Below, one piece after another: positions 29,857 through 40,351 of a stretch of DNA of 40,351 nucleotides. The first letter of the stretch is position 1. Each line of letters begins with the position of its first letter. Location: assembly GCA_050298595.1 (NCBI GenBank), contig JBNKUM010000006.1, positions 1 through 40,351 on the forward strand, read 5' to 3'. The stretch is from Gammaproteobacteria bacterium (GTDB taxonomy: Bacteria > Pseudomonadota > Gammaproteobacteria > GCA-001735895). The notes beneath the pieces are model-generated. The model had not been told where the DNA came from and made no database searches. It saw only the letters and a list, made by a program, of their open reading frames with translations. The translations under genes and the position numbers were made by a program.

Positions 29857-30858
29857 TTAGTAGTAAGACCTGAACCATTCGACAAATTTAGCGATCCCTT
29901 GCTCTACTGATGTAGCAGGCTTATAACCAAAGTCGGCTATCAGGCCAGCAACATCAGCATAAGTATCGGGTACATCGCCTGGTTGTAAGGGCAATAGTTC
30001 TTTTTCAGCCACCATACCGAGAGCATCTTCCAACGCCGCAATATAGTTTTTTAACTCTACCGGATTATTATTACCTATATTATAAACTCTCCAAGGAGCA
30101 TAGCTGGTGCCGGAGTCAGGGTTATCACTACTCCAGTCAGGATTAGGCTGGGCTGGCTTATCCAGTACCCGAATTACGCCTTCAACGATATCATCGATAA
30201 AAGTGAAATCCCTCCGGTGATTACCATAATTAAATAACTGGATAGGCTTCCCCGCAACAATAGCCTTGGCAAACTTTTGTAGTGCCATATCAGGGCGATC
30301 CCAGGGGCCATATACGGTAAAAAATCTTAAGCCTGTTGTTGGAAGTTGGTATAGATGACTATAAGTATGTGCCATCAGTTCATTGGCTTTTTTGGTGGCC
30401 GCATACAGGCTGACTGGATGGTTCACATTGTCATGCACTGAGAATGGCATTTTGGTATTACTGCCATAAACGGAGCTGGATGAAGCGTAAACAAGGTGCT
30501 CGACATTATTATGTCGACAGCCCTCTAAAATATGAGCAAATCCTACCAGATTCGAATCGATGTAGGCGAGTGGGTTTTCTATGGAATAACGTACTCCAGC
30601 CTGAGCTGCAAGGTTGACTACCCGATCAGGCTTATGATTTTTGAAGAGATCCGCCACTCCTTCTCTTTCTTCAAGAGACATTCGAATGTGTGTGTAATTG
30701 GGATGGTTAGCGTGCCTTGCAAGACGAGCTTCCTTTAAAGCCGGATCATAATAATCATTATGATTGTCTATACCAACCACACTGTCCCCTCTATCCAGAA
30801 GTCTGAGCGATAAAGCCGACCCTATAAATCCTGCTGCACCTGTAACTAATACTTTCAT
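29857..30858 (-). CDS. NAD-dependent epimerase, UDP-glucuronate 4-epimerase type
   Basis: [39 protein letters not shown]. Confidence 0.93.
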   Translation of the reverse strand: MKVLVTGAAGFIGSALSLRLLDRGDSVVGIDNHNDYYDPALKEARLARHANHPNYTHIRMSLEEREGVADLFKNHKPDRVVNLAAQAGVRYSIENPLAYIDSNLVGFAHILEGCRHNNVEHLVYASSSSVYGSNTKMPFSVHDNVNHPVSLYAATKKANELMAHTYSHLYQLPTTGLRFFTVYGPWDRPDMALQKFAKAIVAGKPIQLFNYGNHRRDFTFIDDIVEGVIRVLDKPAQPNPDWSSDNPDSGTSYAPWRVYNIGNNNPVELKNYIAALEDALGMVAEKELLPLQPGDVPDTYADVAGLIADFGYKPATSVEQGIAKFVEWFRSYY

Positions 30859-30951
30859 CTTTTGCTCTTAATTAATAATTGGCAAACTTTAAGCGTGTAG
30901 AGTTTGCCTATCCAAAGTCCTGTCAAATTTTTTAATCAGTAACCGTAAAAA

Positions 30952-33714
30952 TTATAGTTTATCCAGCTCCGTCTGAATGTCTCGTTTGAGCTCAATTGAA
31001 CGTGTTTTCAAATATAGCTCAGATAGAATTGATTTAGCCTTATTTTTTTCATTATTCGCAATAAGAATACGAGCATAATTCAAACGAATATCACCAACGG
31101 TTGGTGCCAGTTGCACCGCCTTTTCAGAAAACTGAAGTGCCTTGCTATTTTCACCTGCTGCAAGATAAAGCATGGCCAGGGTATCTGTAATATAGGGGCT
31201 ATCGGGGTTCAGGTTGAGTGCCTGTTCCGCATATTTGATACCCTGAGCTGGATTACTATCCTTCATTAACCAGGCCATATTATTGAGAACAACCGGATTA
31301 TTTGGAGTAAGCTCATCCAGCTTTTGGTAACTGGTCTGGGCATCTGCTTTTCGACTTTCAGCTAGATAGTATTGTGCAAGCAGCATAAGTGCACGAGTAT
31401 CCTTGTCATTTTTTTGCAACCACAACTCTAGCCCTGAAATTGCACTCTGTTTATCACCTGACTGCCATTGGTTAATCGCAAGGTCAACTACAACCTCTGA
31501 GTGAGGTGACTCTTCCATCAACGATTCCAGAGTATTAATTGCTCGCCCATAGTTTTTATCACCCGATGCAACCTTGGCTTTTAAAAACTGAACGTCTTTG
31601 TTATCAGGATATGTCCCGATTAGATTGTTTACGCGCTGCTTGAAGTCCTCATATTTCCCTTCCATCAGATCAAGTTTGGCCATGATCAAATTGGCACGTA
31701 GGTTATTGGGCGCTTGCTCCAGTGTACTCTGTAAGGACTCTCGCATTTTATCTGGCTGGTTATCCTGAGCATAAGCCTGTGCGAGCAAGAAATATGCCGC
31801 AGTCATTTTGGGTTGTTGTGCAATTAGTGATTTCAATAAACGTATTGAATGCTGGTTTTCCTTGAGTAATAACTTCGCCTGAGCCAGCAATAAAATTAGT
31901 CCAGCTTTCTCTTTGTCACTTTCTTTGGCATCGTTTAATAAAGTCACTGCCTGATTGGGGTTATTCTGGCGTATATATTGTGCCGCAAGACTTAACCGGG
32001 CTGACAGTATATCTTTATTCCCTTCATAAGCCTGGGTGAGCCATTTCATCATTTGTTTCTGATTACCTTCACTGGCTGCTATCAGGGCTAGCTGGTTCAA
32101 GATTTGTAGATGAGTTTTATTGTTGACTAACACTGCCTCATACAGCTCACGAGCCTTATCCAGCTTTTTCTCCTTCAGATAGATTCGTGCAAGATTACTC
32201 GAGGTAATTATATCCGCTGGAAATCTTTCAAGTGTTTTTGATAACTGTTTTTTTGCCGCGTCAATCTGGTTTTGTGCCAGATAGGTTAAAGCCACTAGAT
32301 TGGCTCCCTGGGAATTATCAGGGTTCTTTTTATCGAGGGTTTGGGCAAGCTGTAATGCATCCTGATATTTTTTACCTGCCAGGTAACTCTTGAACAGTAG
32401 AAATTCTGCCTGTTTTAAATCTGGATCTAGCTCTACGGCTTTGAGTAATTCATTCTGCCCTTGCGTGAAGGTGGATTGATCATTCAGAAGAATAGCACCC
32501 AATTGCATACGGGTAGATGCTTGCTCAGGTTTTAAAACAACAGATCTTTTCAATACTTCAGTAGCCTTACTGATATTCTTTAGTTGAAGATAAGCATTTC
32601 CCTGTAGCGCGAGTAATCGATAATCTTCACCAATTTGTGCACCTAGTTTTGCAATTACAGACAGTGCATTCTCTGGCTGATCTAATTTTAGTAGGGTACT
32701 CGCATACAAAAATTGTGCGCGCTCATTACCTGGATTAGCTGAGGTGTACTGTTCCAGTAAAGTTAATGCATTCTGGTAATTTTTCTGGTTGAAATAAATT
32801 AAAGCCAGCATAAATTGTGATGGGGGATACTCAGGTGTCTTGGATAAAACTTCCTGGAAACGTGACTGTGCAATATCGAGTTTATTGGTTTGAAAAGCGA
32901 TCACACCATCGGTATGCCCAACAATCGGCCAGTTGGCACCCAGCTTTTTAAGTCTATCGATATCTGACTGCGCGCCTTCATAATTTTTCAGCGCAATTCG
33001 CATTAAAGCACGTCTTACACTATCAACGTGACCATATTGCCTTAAGTCAATTGACCGGGTATATGCTTTTTCTGCAGCTTCATAATTTGATGTTTTTTGC
33101 TCTATCTCCCCTAACATGCTCCAGGCATCAGCAACACCGCCATCACGTTCAAGTAATGGGTTTAACCATTCTTTCTCCGCTGGCACATTTCCTTTTTTTG
33201 CTTCGTAAGCGGCCCAGGCCAATCGCACATCAGTGGAATTTGAATCAATTTTTTTAGCTTGATTTAATGCTGTCAGAGCCTCCTTATCATTATCTGATTT
33301 GAAATAAGCTATGGCCCTTAAAGCTAAAATATCAGCCTGTACCTGAGGGTCTTGCTGCCCCTCCACCTGAACTTCATCGATAATGTTCTGGTATTCATAT
33401 GTTTGTTGATAGGCCTTACCCAGAGCAACCAGGATATCACTCGAGCCATAGCCAAGATCTCTAGCTCTTTTAAGTTCTTTTATAGCAGCCGCACTACTAA
33501 AGGTTTGCACATAGGTTTTACCTAATAACGCCCTGGCATGGGCATTTTCAGGAGCTTGCTTTACCGCGTTTTTGAATTCAATAATTGCACTTTTCCATTC
33601 CTTGTTATTATAAAACTTCTGTCCACTTTCTATATATTGCTCAACACTTTTTTGATCTCCACAGGCGCTTATAAAAATGACAAGCGAGAGAATGATATAG
33701 TGTAATACTTTCAT
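30952..33714 (-). CDS. prsT: PEP-CTERM system TPR-repeat lipoprotein PrsT
   Basis: Lipobox ISAC, AIIEFKNAVK, TPR repeats throughout, VLNNMAW...DTLA near the C-terminus; 920 aa; locus context. Confidence 0.88.
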   Translation of the reverse strand: MKVLHYIILSLVIFISACGDQKSVEQYIESGQKFYNNKEWKSAIIEFKNAVKQAPENAHARALLGKTYVQTFSSAAAIKELKRARDLGYGSSDILVALGKAYQQTYEYQNIIDEVQVEGQQDPQVQADILALRAIAYFKSDNDKEALTALNQAKKIDSNSTDVRLAWAAYEAKKGNVPAEKEWLNPLLERDGGVADAWSMLGEIEQKTSNYEAAEKAYTRSIDLRQYGHVDSVRRALMRIALKNYEGAQSDIDRLKKLGANWPIVGHTDGVIAFQTNKLDIAQSRFQEVLSKTPEYPPSQFMLALIYFNQKNYQNALTLLEQYTSANPGNERAQFLYASTLLKLDQPENALSVIAKLGAQIGEDYRLLALQGNAYLQLKNISKATEVLKRSVVLKPEQASTRMQLGAILLNDQSTFTQGQNELLKAVELDPDLKQAEFLLFKSYLAGKKYQDALQLAQTLDKKNPDNSQGANLVALTYLAQNQIDAAKKQLSKTLERFPADIITSSNLARIYLKEKKLDKARELYEAVLVNNKTHLQILNQLALIAASEGNQKQMMKWLTQAYEGNKDILSARLSLAAQYIRQNNPNQAVTLLNDAKESDKEKAGLILLLAQAKLLLKENQHSIRLLKSLIAQQPKMTAAYFLLAQAYAQDNQPDKMRESLQSTLEQAPNNLRANLIMAKLDLMEGKYEDFKQRVNNLIGTYPDNKDVQFLKAKVASGDKNYGRAINTLESLMEESPHSEVVVDLAINQWQSGDKQSAISGLELWLQKNDKDTRALMLLAQYYLAESRKADAQTSYQKLDELTPNNPVVLNNMAWLMKDSNPAQGIKYAEQALNLNPDSPYITDTLAMLYLAAGENSKALQFSEKAVQLAPTVGDIRLNYARILIANNEKNKAKSILSELYLKTRSIELKRDIQTELDKL

Positions 33715-33861
33715 AATAATCCAAAGTTTCTTTTTTAATTCGATTGATGTAAGTTATTTAATACATTTCCAAATGAAGCTCAAGTGATACCTGCTTCGGG
33801 AATAGTTAACAGCAAAATCAGAGTATATCTGTGTCCTAAAACTGTTTCTGTGACGATTCAC

Positions 33862-36331
33862 TCATGGCTTTAACTTATCCAGTAATTGTTGTGCATTAGA
33901 ACGATTTCTAAACTTTCCCTCAGTAGCCAGCCAGAGCAAGATAGAGCTGCTTAATTGCTTCCTGTTTTTTATCCGATTCGTTTAAAGCAACTGCATACAT
34001 AATGATACCGTACATCAGGATCAGCAGGTGCAAACTGTGAAGCTTCCTACAGTATAGCTAATGCTTTAGGAATATTCTTGTTATTCAAATGCTCCATTCC
34101 CAGAGTATCCATATTAGCGGGATTTTTGGCATTCAGGTTATAAGCCAGATCTGCATACTCAAGACTCATAGGACTCCCCTGCTCTATAGCCAACAACGCC
34201 AGTCTGTTAAGTATTCGATCATTATTGGGGGTTTTCTCGATGATTTTCTCATAGAGATTCCGCGCCTTATCCAGTTCATTATGTTGATGATAGGTATCAG
34301 CCAATACTTCGGCTAACCGCATAGCATCTGGATACTTTTTGCCCCATTGTTGCAACTGTTTGTAACCCTTTTCGGTCTGATTATCGACATTATACGCGGA
34401 TAGTAATTTCAGAAATGCCTCAAAACTAAATTTGATGCTGGTTGATTTCTGGTAATACCTGATGGCTTCTTTGGGTTGTTTTAAAGCAATATACACATCA
34501 CCCAACATATCATAACTATCTGCTTCGTCGGGATGCAGTTTAGCCATTTTATGTGCTTTTTCCAATGCCTCATTGGGCTGCTTAAACTGCAGATCCAGCT
34601 TGATCAGTACGACCCAGGCCACCAGACTTTTAGGTTCCAGCTCAAGAACTTTTTGAAAACTTTTCTGTGACGCTTTTAGATCACCATTTAAACTTTGCAT
34701 ACGATCCAAACCATACAAGGACACCGCAAAGTCCGGCTTGAATGAAACAATCTTCTGGTAAGTAGCAACAGCAAGATCGGTCTTGCCAGCAGCATGCTGG
34801 TTATCAGCATGCTTTTTTAACAGGGCCGTATTTTCAGGCTGGATGCTAATCATATCTTCTGATACCTCCAGAGCCTTGTCATTATTTTCCTGTTGAGAGT
34901 AATAGTCTTCTAGCACTTCTCGCGAAGCCAGAGATGCTGAGTTGTATTTGCGCGACAGATTCAACCATTTCAACATCTCGGCATCATTACTCAAACGATG
35001 AAAAATACCTGACAACGCAACCAGGGCAACATCATTATGTGCTTTAATTTTCAACACATCACGGTAAATTTTTTTCCGCACTCACGTCATCCCCTTCGGA
35101 TACAAGAATACGAGCCAGATTAATTCTGGGCTCCAGCAGAGTTTCAGATAATTGTATCGATTGTCGAAACGAAACCTTTGCTTTCTTCAGTTCACCCTTA
35201 TATTGATAGCCACTGCCCAGCTTGTAATACAACAACCTGCTTTTAGGTTGTTTTTTCAAATAACCCTGAATAATAGCTAACGCATCATCGGATTTTTTTT
35301 GTAGAAACAGGTTCAGTACCGGTAAATGCCCACCCTGATAATAGTCTGTATAGTTGCTATCTTCAAAAGTAATATCCAGACCTTTCCCGGTTTCGAGCTG
35401 GGTTATCTGAAACTGTCTCTTGATCGCTTGATCATCAGGCGCCACTTGAAAAGACTTTTCGATATAGTCAGCACTTTTTTCACTATTGACAAGTTGTTCA
35501 TAGGCTATGGCTATCATGGAATAGATATAAGGTTCGTATAATTCCTCAATCGGTTTCATCAAAACAATCACCAACGTACTCTGCTGACATTTTAAATATA
35601 TAGAAGCCAGGGTCTTAATCGCCTGAATATCATGGCTATGCATTGATATTCGTCTGTTGGATGCGCCCAGCCTGCTCGAACAGCTTGAGTGCTTTATCAT
35701 ATTGGCCCTGTGTACGATAGCTTTCCGCTACCACCATCAGAACTTCAGGATGATCAGGGTATTGCTTTAACAATTGATTAACCAGCTTTAACTCTTCGCT
35801 TTCTTTACCCTGAAAGTAAAGTAACTTGACCTGCCCCAATTGGGATTCCATGACTTTTGGTGACAGAGATAAAGCCCGTTCAAACATCTGGAGAGTTTGA
35901 TCGAACTTTCGCTGTTCTAAAAATGCGAATCCCTGCATCGCGTGAATCTGGCCAATCTGCTGCTGCGGCAGGTTAATAAGACTGGACTGATCAATGATCT
36001 CATCATACAAGCCCAGATAAAACTGCGCCTTGATCATCAGTAAAGCTGTTTGGTCAGGCTTTGCACCCAGCTTTTGCGCTTTCTCCAGCTCTACTTTCGC
36101 CTGTTCACCCTGCCCGGTGAACACGATCATTTTGACTAACTCAAGACGAACTTCAAGATTATCCGGACTTTCCATAGCCGCATTTCGTAAATGAATCAAA
36201 GAAGTAGAATATTGACCCTGCGATTCAACCTCGCGTGCCTGGGCCAGTAAGGATTCGGAGCTATCGGACCAAATAGCGGTAGATAAAAATAAAGATAAAA
36301 GAATAACCAGAAATTTAGCTATCGATTGCAT
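33862..36331 (-). pseudogene. Second PrsT-like TPR gene, disrupted
   Basis: Three overlapping TPR ORFs (35636-36382, 35059-35700, 34047-35081). Homology continues past the TAG at 34047 (PADPDVRYHY..AVAL...NAQQLLDKLKP*) through further frameshifts. Confidence 0.85.
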
Positions 36332-36393
36332 CAAAGAAGTTCTTTCCATAGGAAGAGATTGAATCGTGCGATAAGCTAACACGAAAAGCAGGT

Positions 36394-36422
36394 AAAAAAA
36401 AAGTGCGAAATTCGCGCTTTTT
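36394..36422 (-). terminator. Rho-independent terminator after the PEP-CTERM pseudogene
   Basis: aaagtgcgaa-a-ttcgcgcttt hairpin flanked by A/T runs. Confidence 0.6.
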
Positions 36423-36438
36423 GATTTGTCTCTAATAA

Positions 36439-37161
36439 TTACTTCTGTATCTTGCGACGACGGTAGCCTGAAGCAACTAAACCTAATGAGCCAGGCTGAA
36501 TAAAGCTAATATTGAAGGCTCTGGCACAGCGCTGTCATTATTATGAGAAAGCACTACCATGACATTGAGCCAGTTACACCTGAGCCAGATTCGTTTTCAG
36601 TTAAAGCGAGTGCTACCAAGGTACCTTCAGCCATCGCAAACGGACTTGACTCAACAGGAAAGAGAATATCGTTATCCCACTCAGTCATACGATAAAGCCC
36701 AGCGTCATCTAAAACATCATCATTACCAGTATCAGTTGAAACCAGGTCATTTCCATTATAGTCTTTGGTAAGCAACCCAAAGTCGACTGCGTACTCGTAA
36801 CCAGGCAATCCATCAAATGATAATGTAAGATCACTGGCAAAATAGCTTGTTGTTCTATTCCTCCTAAGACCAGACGTCACATCAAATTGACCATTAATTA
36901 AATCAAACCCGCTCGCAGCCCAATTGAAAGATTATTATTCGATTCATCATATTTATAAAATAAGTACTCAGCATCAAATATTTGACCACCAGACCCTGGA
37001 TAAGTATCCACATCATTCTTTGCCAACTATGTCCAACCGTTTGCAGCATCGGTGAAAAAGTTAAATGCTTCGTTATCACAAACTTCTTCTGAAAAAACAC
37101 TTCCAGCGAAAGTCAGTGAGTCAGAAAATAATCAGATTTTGATACCTGTGCATATTTTCAT
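36439..37161 (-). pseudogene. PEP-CTERM sorting-domain protein, disrupted
   Basis: C-terminus AVPEPSILALFSL, frameshift, LGLVASGYRRRKIQK*; body PGSGGQIFDAEYLFYK...FDL...DLTLSFDG broken by stops and frameshifts. Confidence 0.85.
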
Positions 37162-37195
37162 TGTAACAATCCGAATAAAGAATATAATATTTGAA

Positions 37196-37211
37196 AGCAT
37201 TTAATATGCCA
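37196..37211 (-). promoter_or_regulatory. sigma54 -24/-12 promoter
   Basis: TGGCATATTAAATGCT (GG-N10-GC), 34 nt upstream of the pseudogene ATG. Confidence 0.65.
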
Positions 37212-37354
37212 TAAATTTAATATTGTATTAAAACTGTAAGTATTTTGCATTTAGCACACAATTAAGGTCAGATATTTTAACAATATCGCTTGTTTTTAAT
37301 ACTCAATCTTCCGAGTTTTTTAGATGCAAAACAGATCCATTCTATTCATAAATT

Positions 37355-38212
37355 TCAAGTTAGTTTATAAGTACCCAGAGTTTTGTCTTTGATAAAAACA
37401 TCATTCATAGTACCCCAGTTAAAATCCTCTAATAAGCGGATCAAACGCCCTTCAGTTTTATCCAGATTCAGGTAATGCCTGAAACGGGTCTTGGCTGATA
37501 TCCCATGCTGCCTGGGTTGATCTGGATCTAGCTCCCAGGGGTGCAAATAAAATACCGTAGACTGCCCTTCGTTATTCACTCTATTAATAGCCCAACGCGT
37601 CACGGCATAAGGATAAAACCGAAAAAAACCACCCCCACCGGCGGGACGAAGTTTATTCATTACCTTAACCGTAGAAATCGGGATTTCAATCAACCCAGTT
37701 TTTTCATCACGAAAACAAAAACGAGGCGCTTCGGGGAACCCATAGTGATCATGCTGGATGGGATAAATACTGGAGCTATACTGATGACCTGTTTCTGCCA
37801 GTATCTCCAATGCCCAGAGGTTGTCTTTACCAATTGAATAACTGGGTGCCCTGTACCCGCGGATCTTTAACCCTGAAATATCCTCCAGAATCTTTTTGGC
37901 CTTTGTTACGTCTTCCCTGAATTGATCCGGTGTTAAGTCGGTTACACGCTGATGACCATAACCATGGCTGGCCAATTCGTGACCCGCAGCGATTATTGAT
38001 TTAATCAAATGCGGGTACCGCTCAGCAACCCAGCCCAGGGTAAAAAAGGTTGCTTTTACACCCTGGTCTGAAAACACAGCAAGCGTTTGGTTTATATTCT
38101 TTTCGATTCGATGTTCCAGCAAATCCCAGTTCTTACGATCAATAGTCTTTTCAAAAGCAGAGACCTGAAAGTAATCTTCGACATCGATGGACAGGGCATT
38201 TATTTGAGGCAT
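37355..38212 (-). CDS. XrtA-system polysaccharide deacetylase
   Basis: SIDVEDYFQV, ATFFTLGWVAE, HELASHGYGH, GYRAPSYS, YLHPWELDP; likely start at MPQINAL. Confidence 0.92.
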   Translation of the reverse strand: MPQINALSIDVEDYFQVSAFEKTIDRKNWDLLEHRIEKNINQTLAVFSDQGVKATFFTLGWVAERYPHLIKSIIAAGHELASHGYGHQRVTDLTPDQFREDVTKAKKILEDISGLKIRGYRAPSYSIGKDNLWALEILAETGHQYSSSIYPIQHDHYGFPEAPRFCFRDEKTGLIEIPISTVKVMNKLRPAGGGGFFRFYPYAVTRWAINRVNNEGQSTVFYLHPWELDPDQPRQHGISAKTRFRHYLNLDKTEGRLIRLLEDFNWGTMNDVFIKDKTLGTYKLT

Positions 38213-38302
38213 GAGTAAATATAGCAAAACTATGGAGTAAATAAGATACACGACTTTATCCAAAATAATCAGCCAGATATCACATAAGCAAATATTTCAG
38301 GC

Positions 38303-38333
38303 AAAAAAAAACCACCCGGAAGGGTGGTTTTTT
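38303..38333 (-). terminator. Rho-independent (bidirectional) terminator
   Basis: A-run, ccaccc-ggaa-gggtgg, T-run, just downstream of the PEP-CTERM gene. Confidence 0.85.
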
Positions 38334-38357
38334 CCATACAACTTTTATATTTAAAAA

Positions 38358-39020
38358 TTAAGCTTGAGCTTTTTTACGAGCTGCAAAACCTAATCCAGCA
38401 AGGCCTAAACCGAAAAGAGCAAGAATTGAAGGCTCGGGTACAGCAATTTCAAAAGACTGAAGCGTTCCGAAATTATTATTTGCGATAAATACGTCGGGAG
38501 TTCTTAAGTCACCACCAATGTAAATCAACGAGGATTCTGTTGGAGTATTTGATGAATCCGCTGTATACAAAGATGTTCCGAGACTGAAAACCATAAGCTC
38601 TAGATTATTCTCAATAGTAAAATCAATACCATCGATTCCACCTGTATTATTAGTCACAGAAGTAAAACCTAAAACATCCATACCACCCATCATAAAGTCA
38701 TCGTAAGAAACCTGTAAAACATCATCAGTATTTTCAAAAGTGACTGCAGCAGTTGTACCCAGATTTGAATCTCTGAATGTTAAGTTACCGAACCACGATG
38801 TAGTACCAGTAGAATTAAGATCACTTGTCCAGCGGATGTGCCAATCTGCCATTGAAGCTTCATCATTCCAGATATAATACCCTGACGTATTTGAATTTTG
38901 TGAAGTGTTTGGCAGCAGAGCTGTTGCACTGGTAGTTGAACCTGTGTAAAGCGGAGTCGCATAAGAAGCTGAAGCAAAAACAAGAGCTGCAGCGGTAAGA
39001 GTTATTTGTTTGAAATTCAT
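38358..39020 (-). CDS. PEP-CTERM sorting-domain protein
   Basis: Signal peptide ending SYA, Ser/Thr/Asn-rich body, VPEPSILALFGLGLAGLGFAARKK; AAGGTG RBS. Confidence 0.95.
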   Translation of the reverse strand: MNFKQITLTAAALVFASASYATPLYTGSTTSATALLPNTSQNSNTSGYYIWNDEASMADWHIRWTSDLNSTGTTSWFGNLTFRDSNLGTTAAVTFENTDDVLQVSYDDFMMGGMDVLGFTSVTNNTGGIDGIDFTIENNLELMVFSLGTSLYTADSSNTPTESSLIYIGGDLRTPDVFIANNNFGTLQSFEIAVPEPSILALFGLGLAGLGFAARKKAQA

Positions 39021-39068
39021 AAAAACACCTTTCGTTTAGTTAACCTTGAAGAACTGTAGTTTAATTAA

Positions 39069-39085
39069 AGCACAAGATGTGCCAA
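39069..39085 (-). promoter_or_regulatory. sigma54 -24/-12 promoter
   Basis: TTGGCACATCTTGTGCT (GG-N10-GC), 48 nt upstream of the ATG. Confidence 0.8.
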
Positions 39086-39146
39086 TGAATTTAACCTGAT
39101 GATTTTATTATGTATTTTTTTAATTTTTCCGATTAGAAACAAAAAA

Positions 39147-39197
39147 GTGTAAAGAACCTTTACACGGAAGTATGATTATTTGTCAATTTCTTTTACA
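39147..39197. promoter_or_regulatory. Two enhancer-like palindromes, probable PrsR binding sites
   Basis: gTGTAAA-gaacc-TTTACAc (39147-39165) and TGTCAA-tttct-TTTACA (39181-39197), upstream of the sigma54 site. Confidence 0.7.
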
Positions 39198-39704
39198 GGC
39201 TTAAACTCACTCAAGTAAAACAAGAGGATAACATAACATGAGTCTTTAAAACCCTGTTCAATAGATCATCAGTATACCGCTTACAAATTAGCATGCCCCC
39301 GATCTATAGCAAGAATCCTGCCTTTGCCGCAATTCAATAACTGCAGATATTCAGTTAACCTTAAAAAAAACTTATGCGACTTTAATGAACTCAGGAATAC
39401 AACCAGCATGATTTAATCCCTCATGCTATTTGATCGCTTCCATTGGTGATACGAAAATCGAACTTCGTTAAACTAATAAATACGATCATTGTGCACGCAG
39501 ACATCCTGTGAGTTCTTGAATTTAAATTACTCTTCAGTAAATTATAGGCTGTGAAGAAGTGCATGAATCGATTAAAATTTCAGTTTATGTACCACCAATT
39601 TTTACTGCGAGTATTTCCCCAATAAGCGCAACATTGTCTACGGGAAAAACACTTCAGCTCACAATAACTCCACACAATGCTGGAAAAATCATCGAACCTA
39701 TCAT

Positions 39705-40351
39705 GTGAAGTTCGGATCAACCGACACGTGTACAATTGGATTAAAATGGTTTAGTAACAGCACTTTCAGCTGGAAAGATGAAAATCACAGTAAAAAAAGT
39801 AAACATCTACGTGGACAGGCCCCTCTAAATATAACCCCACTCAAAACAATCACAGTACTGCCTTATTCTGGGGCAAAAACGGATAGTTTTATAGTAAGAA
39901 CACTTATTATGTGTTTTCATCCTTATCCTGACTGGAATACTGAAAGTCAACATTTTTGGGAAATTACTGCTCCTCCTGGGGAGTATTTTGTTTCCCAGAG
40001 GCACGAGACTACAATCGCTGTTATATACAGGTAGCTGTTTGTAAACAAAAGGGTAAACGAACTAGTGAAGAGTTCTATGGGGATGGGCCTGATACATCAA
40101 AACTAATTCGTCACAATGAAGAAAGATATACGGTTCCACCTGAACCTGCTCTCATAGTGGGAGATGCTCCATAGAATCAGGGAAATGAAGTTTGGGATGG
40201 ACTCCTGCGCGGTTTCCAATTTTACGATGCAGCATTGACGTTGGAAGAAATTAAGAAGGAAATCGCTTCTCCAGGAGATATACGCCTTCCTTGGTATCTT
40301 AATTTGGATCCTGCTCCAAGTGACGTATCAGACAAAAGTGGAAACAATCAC
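39705..40351 (+). pseudogene. Disrupted gene for a LamG-like hypothetical protein, runs off the window
   Basis: Coding-like peptides across frames: HPYPD..HFWEI, then PPEPALIVGDAP*NQGNEVWDGLLRGFQFYDAALTLEEI...WYLNLDP..DVSDKSGNNH. Confidence 0.55.

Noticed and set aside
17682-38983. Short opposite-strand or nested ORFs within the EPS genes
   Set aside because: Shadow ORFs without motifs.

Overview
Gammaproteobacterial chromosomal window with four parts. (1) Left edge: a candidate retron on the minus strand just downstream of rlmB. It has a ~149-nt msr/msd-like ncRNA (409-557) followed by an ORF missing from the supplied track (TTG at 354, running off the window) whose N-terminus resembles retron reverse transcriptases; the catalytic core is outside the window. 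(2) Core genes rnr-rlmB and a divergent tRNA-Leu(CAG) followed by ~2.5 tandem ~141-bp repeats, each starting with the tRNA 3' end. (3) An accessory zone (~4.2-15.8 kb): XRE repressor and orphan response regulator pair with twin operators, a CoiA-like Zn-ribbon protein, a GT-C/ArnT-like glycosyltransferase, a secreted lyase-like protein, and dead IS66, IS3, IS200/605, IS1380 and IS1595 remnants. (4) A minus-strand PEP-CTERM/exosortase-A-type exopolysaccharide locus (~15.8-39 kb) with intact and decayed copies of prsT and of PEP-CTERM genes, sigma54 promoters and palindromic enhancer boxes. All calls come from reading the sequence and recalling family motifs; no searches were run.
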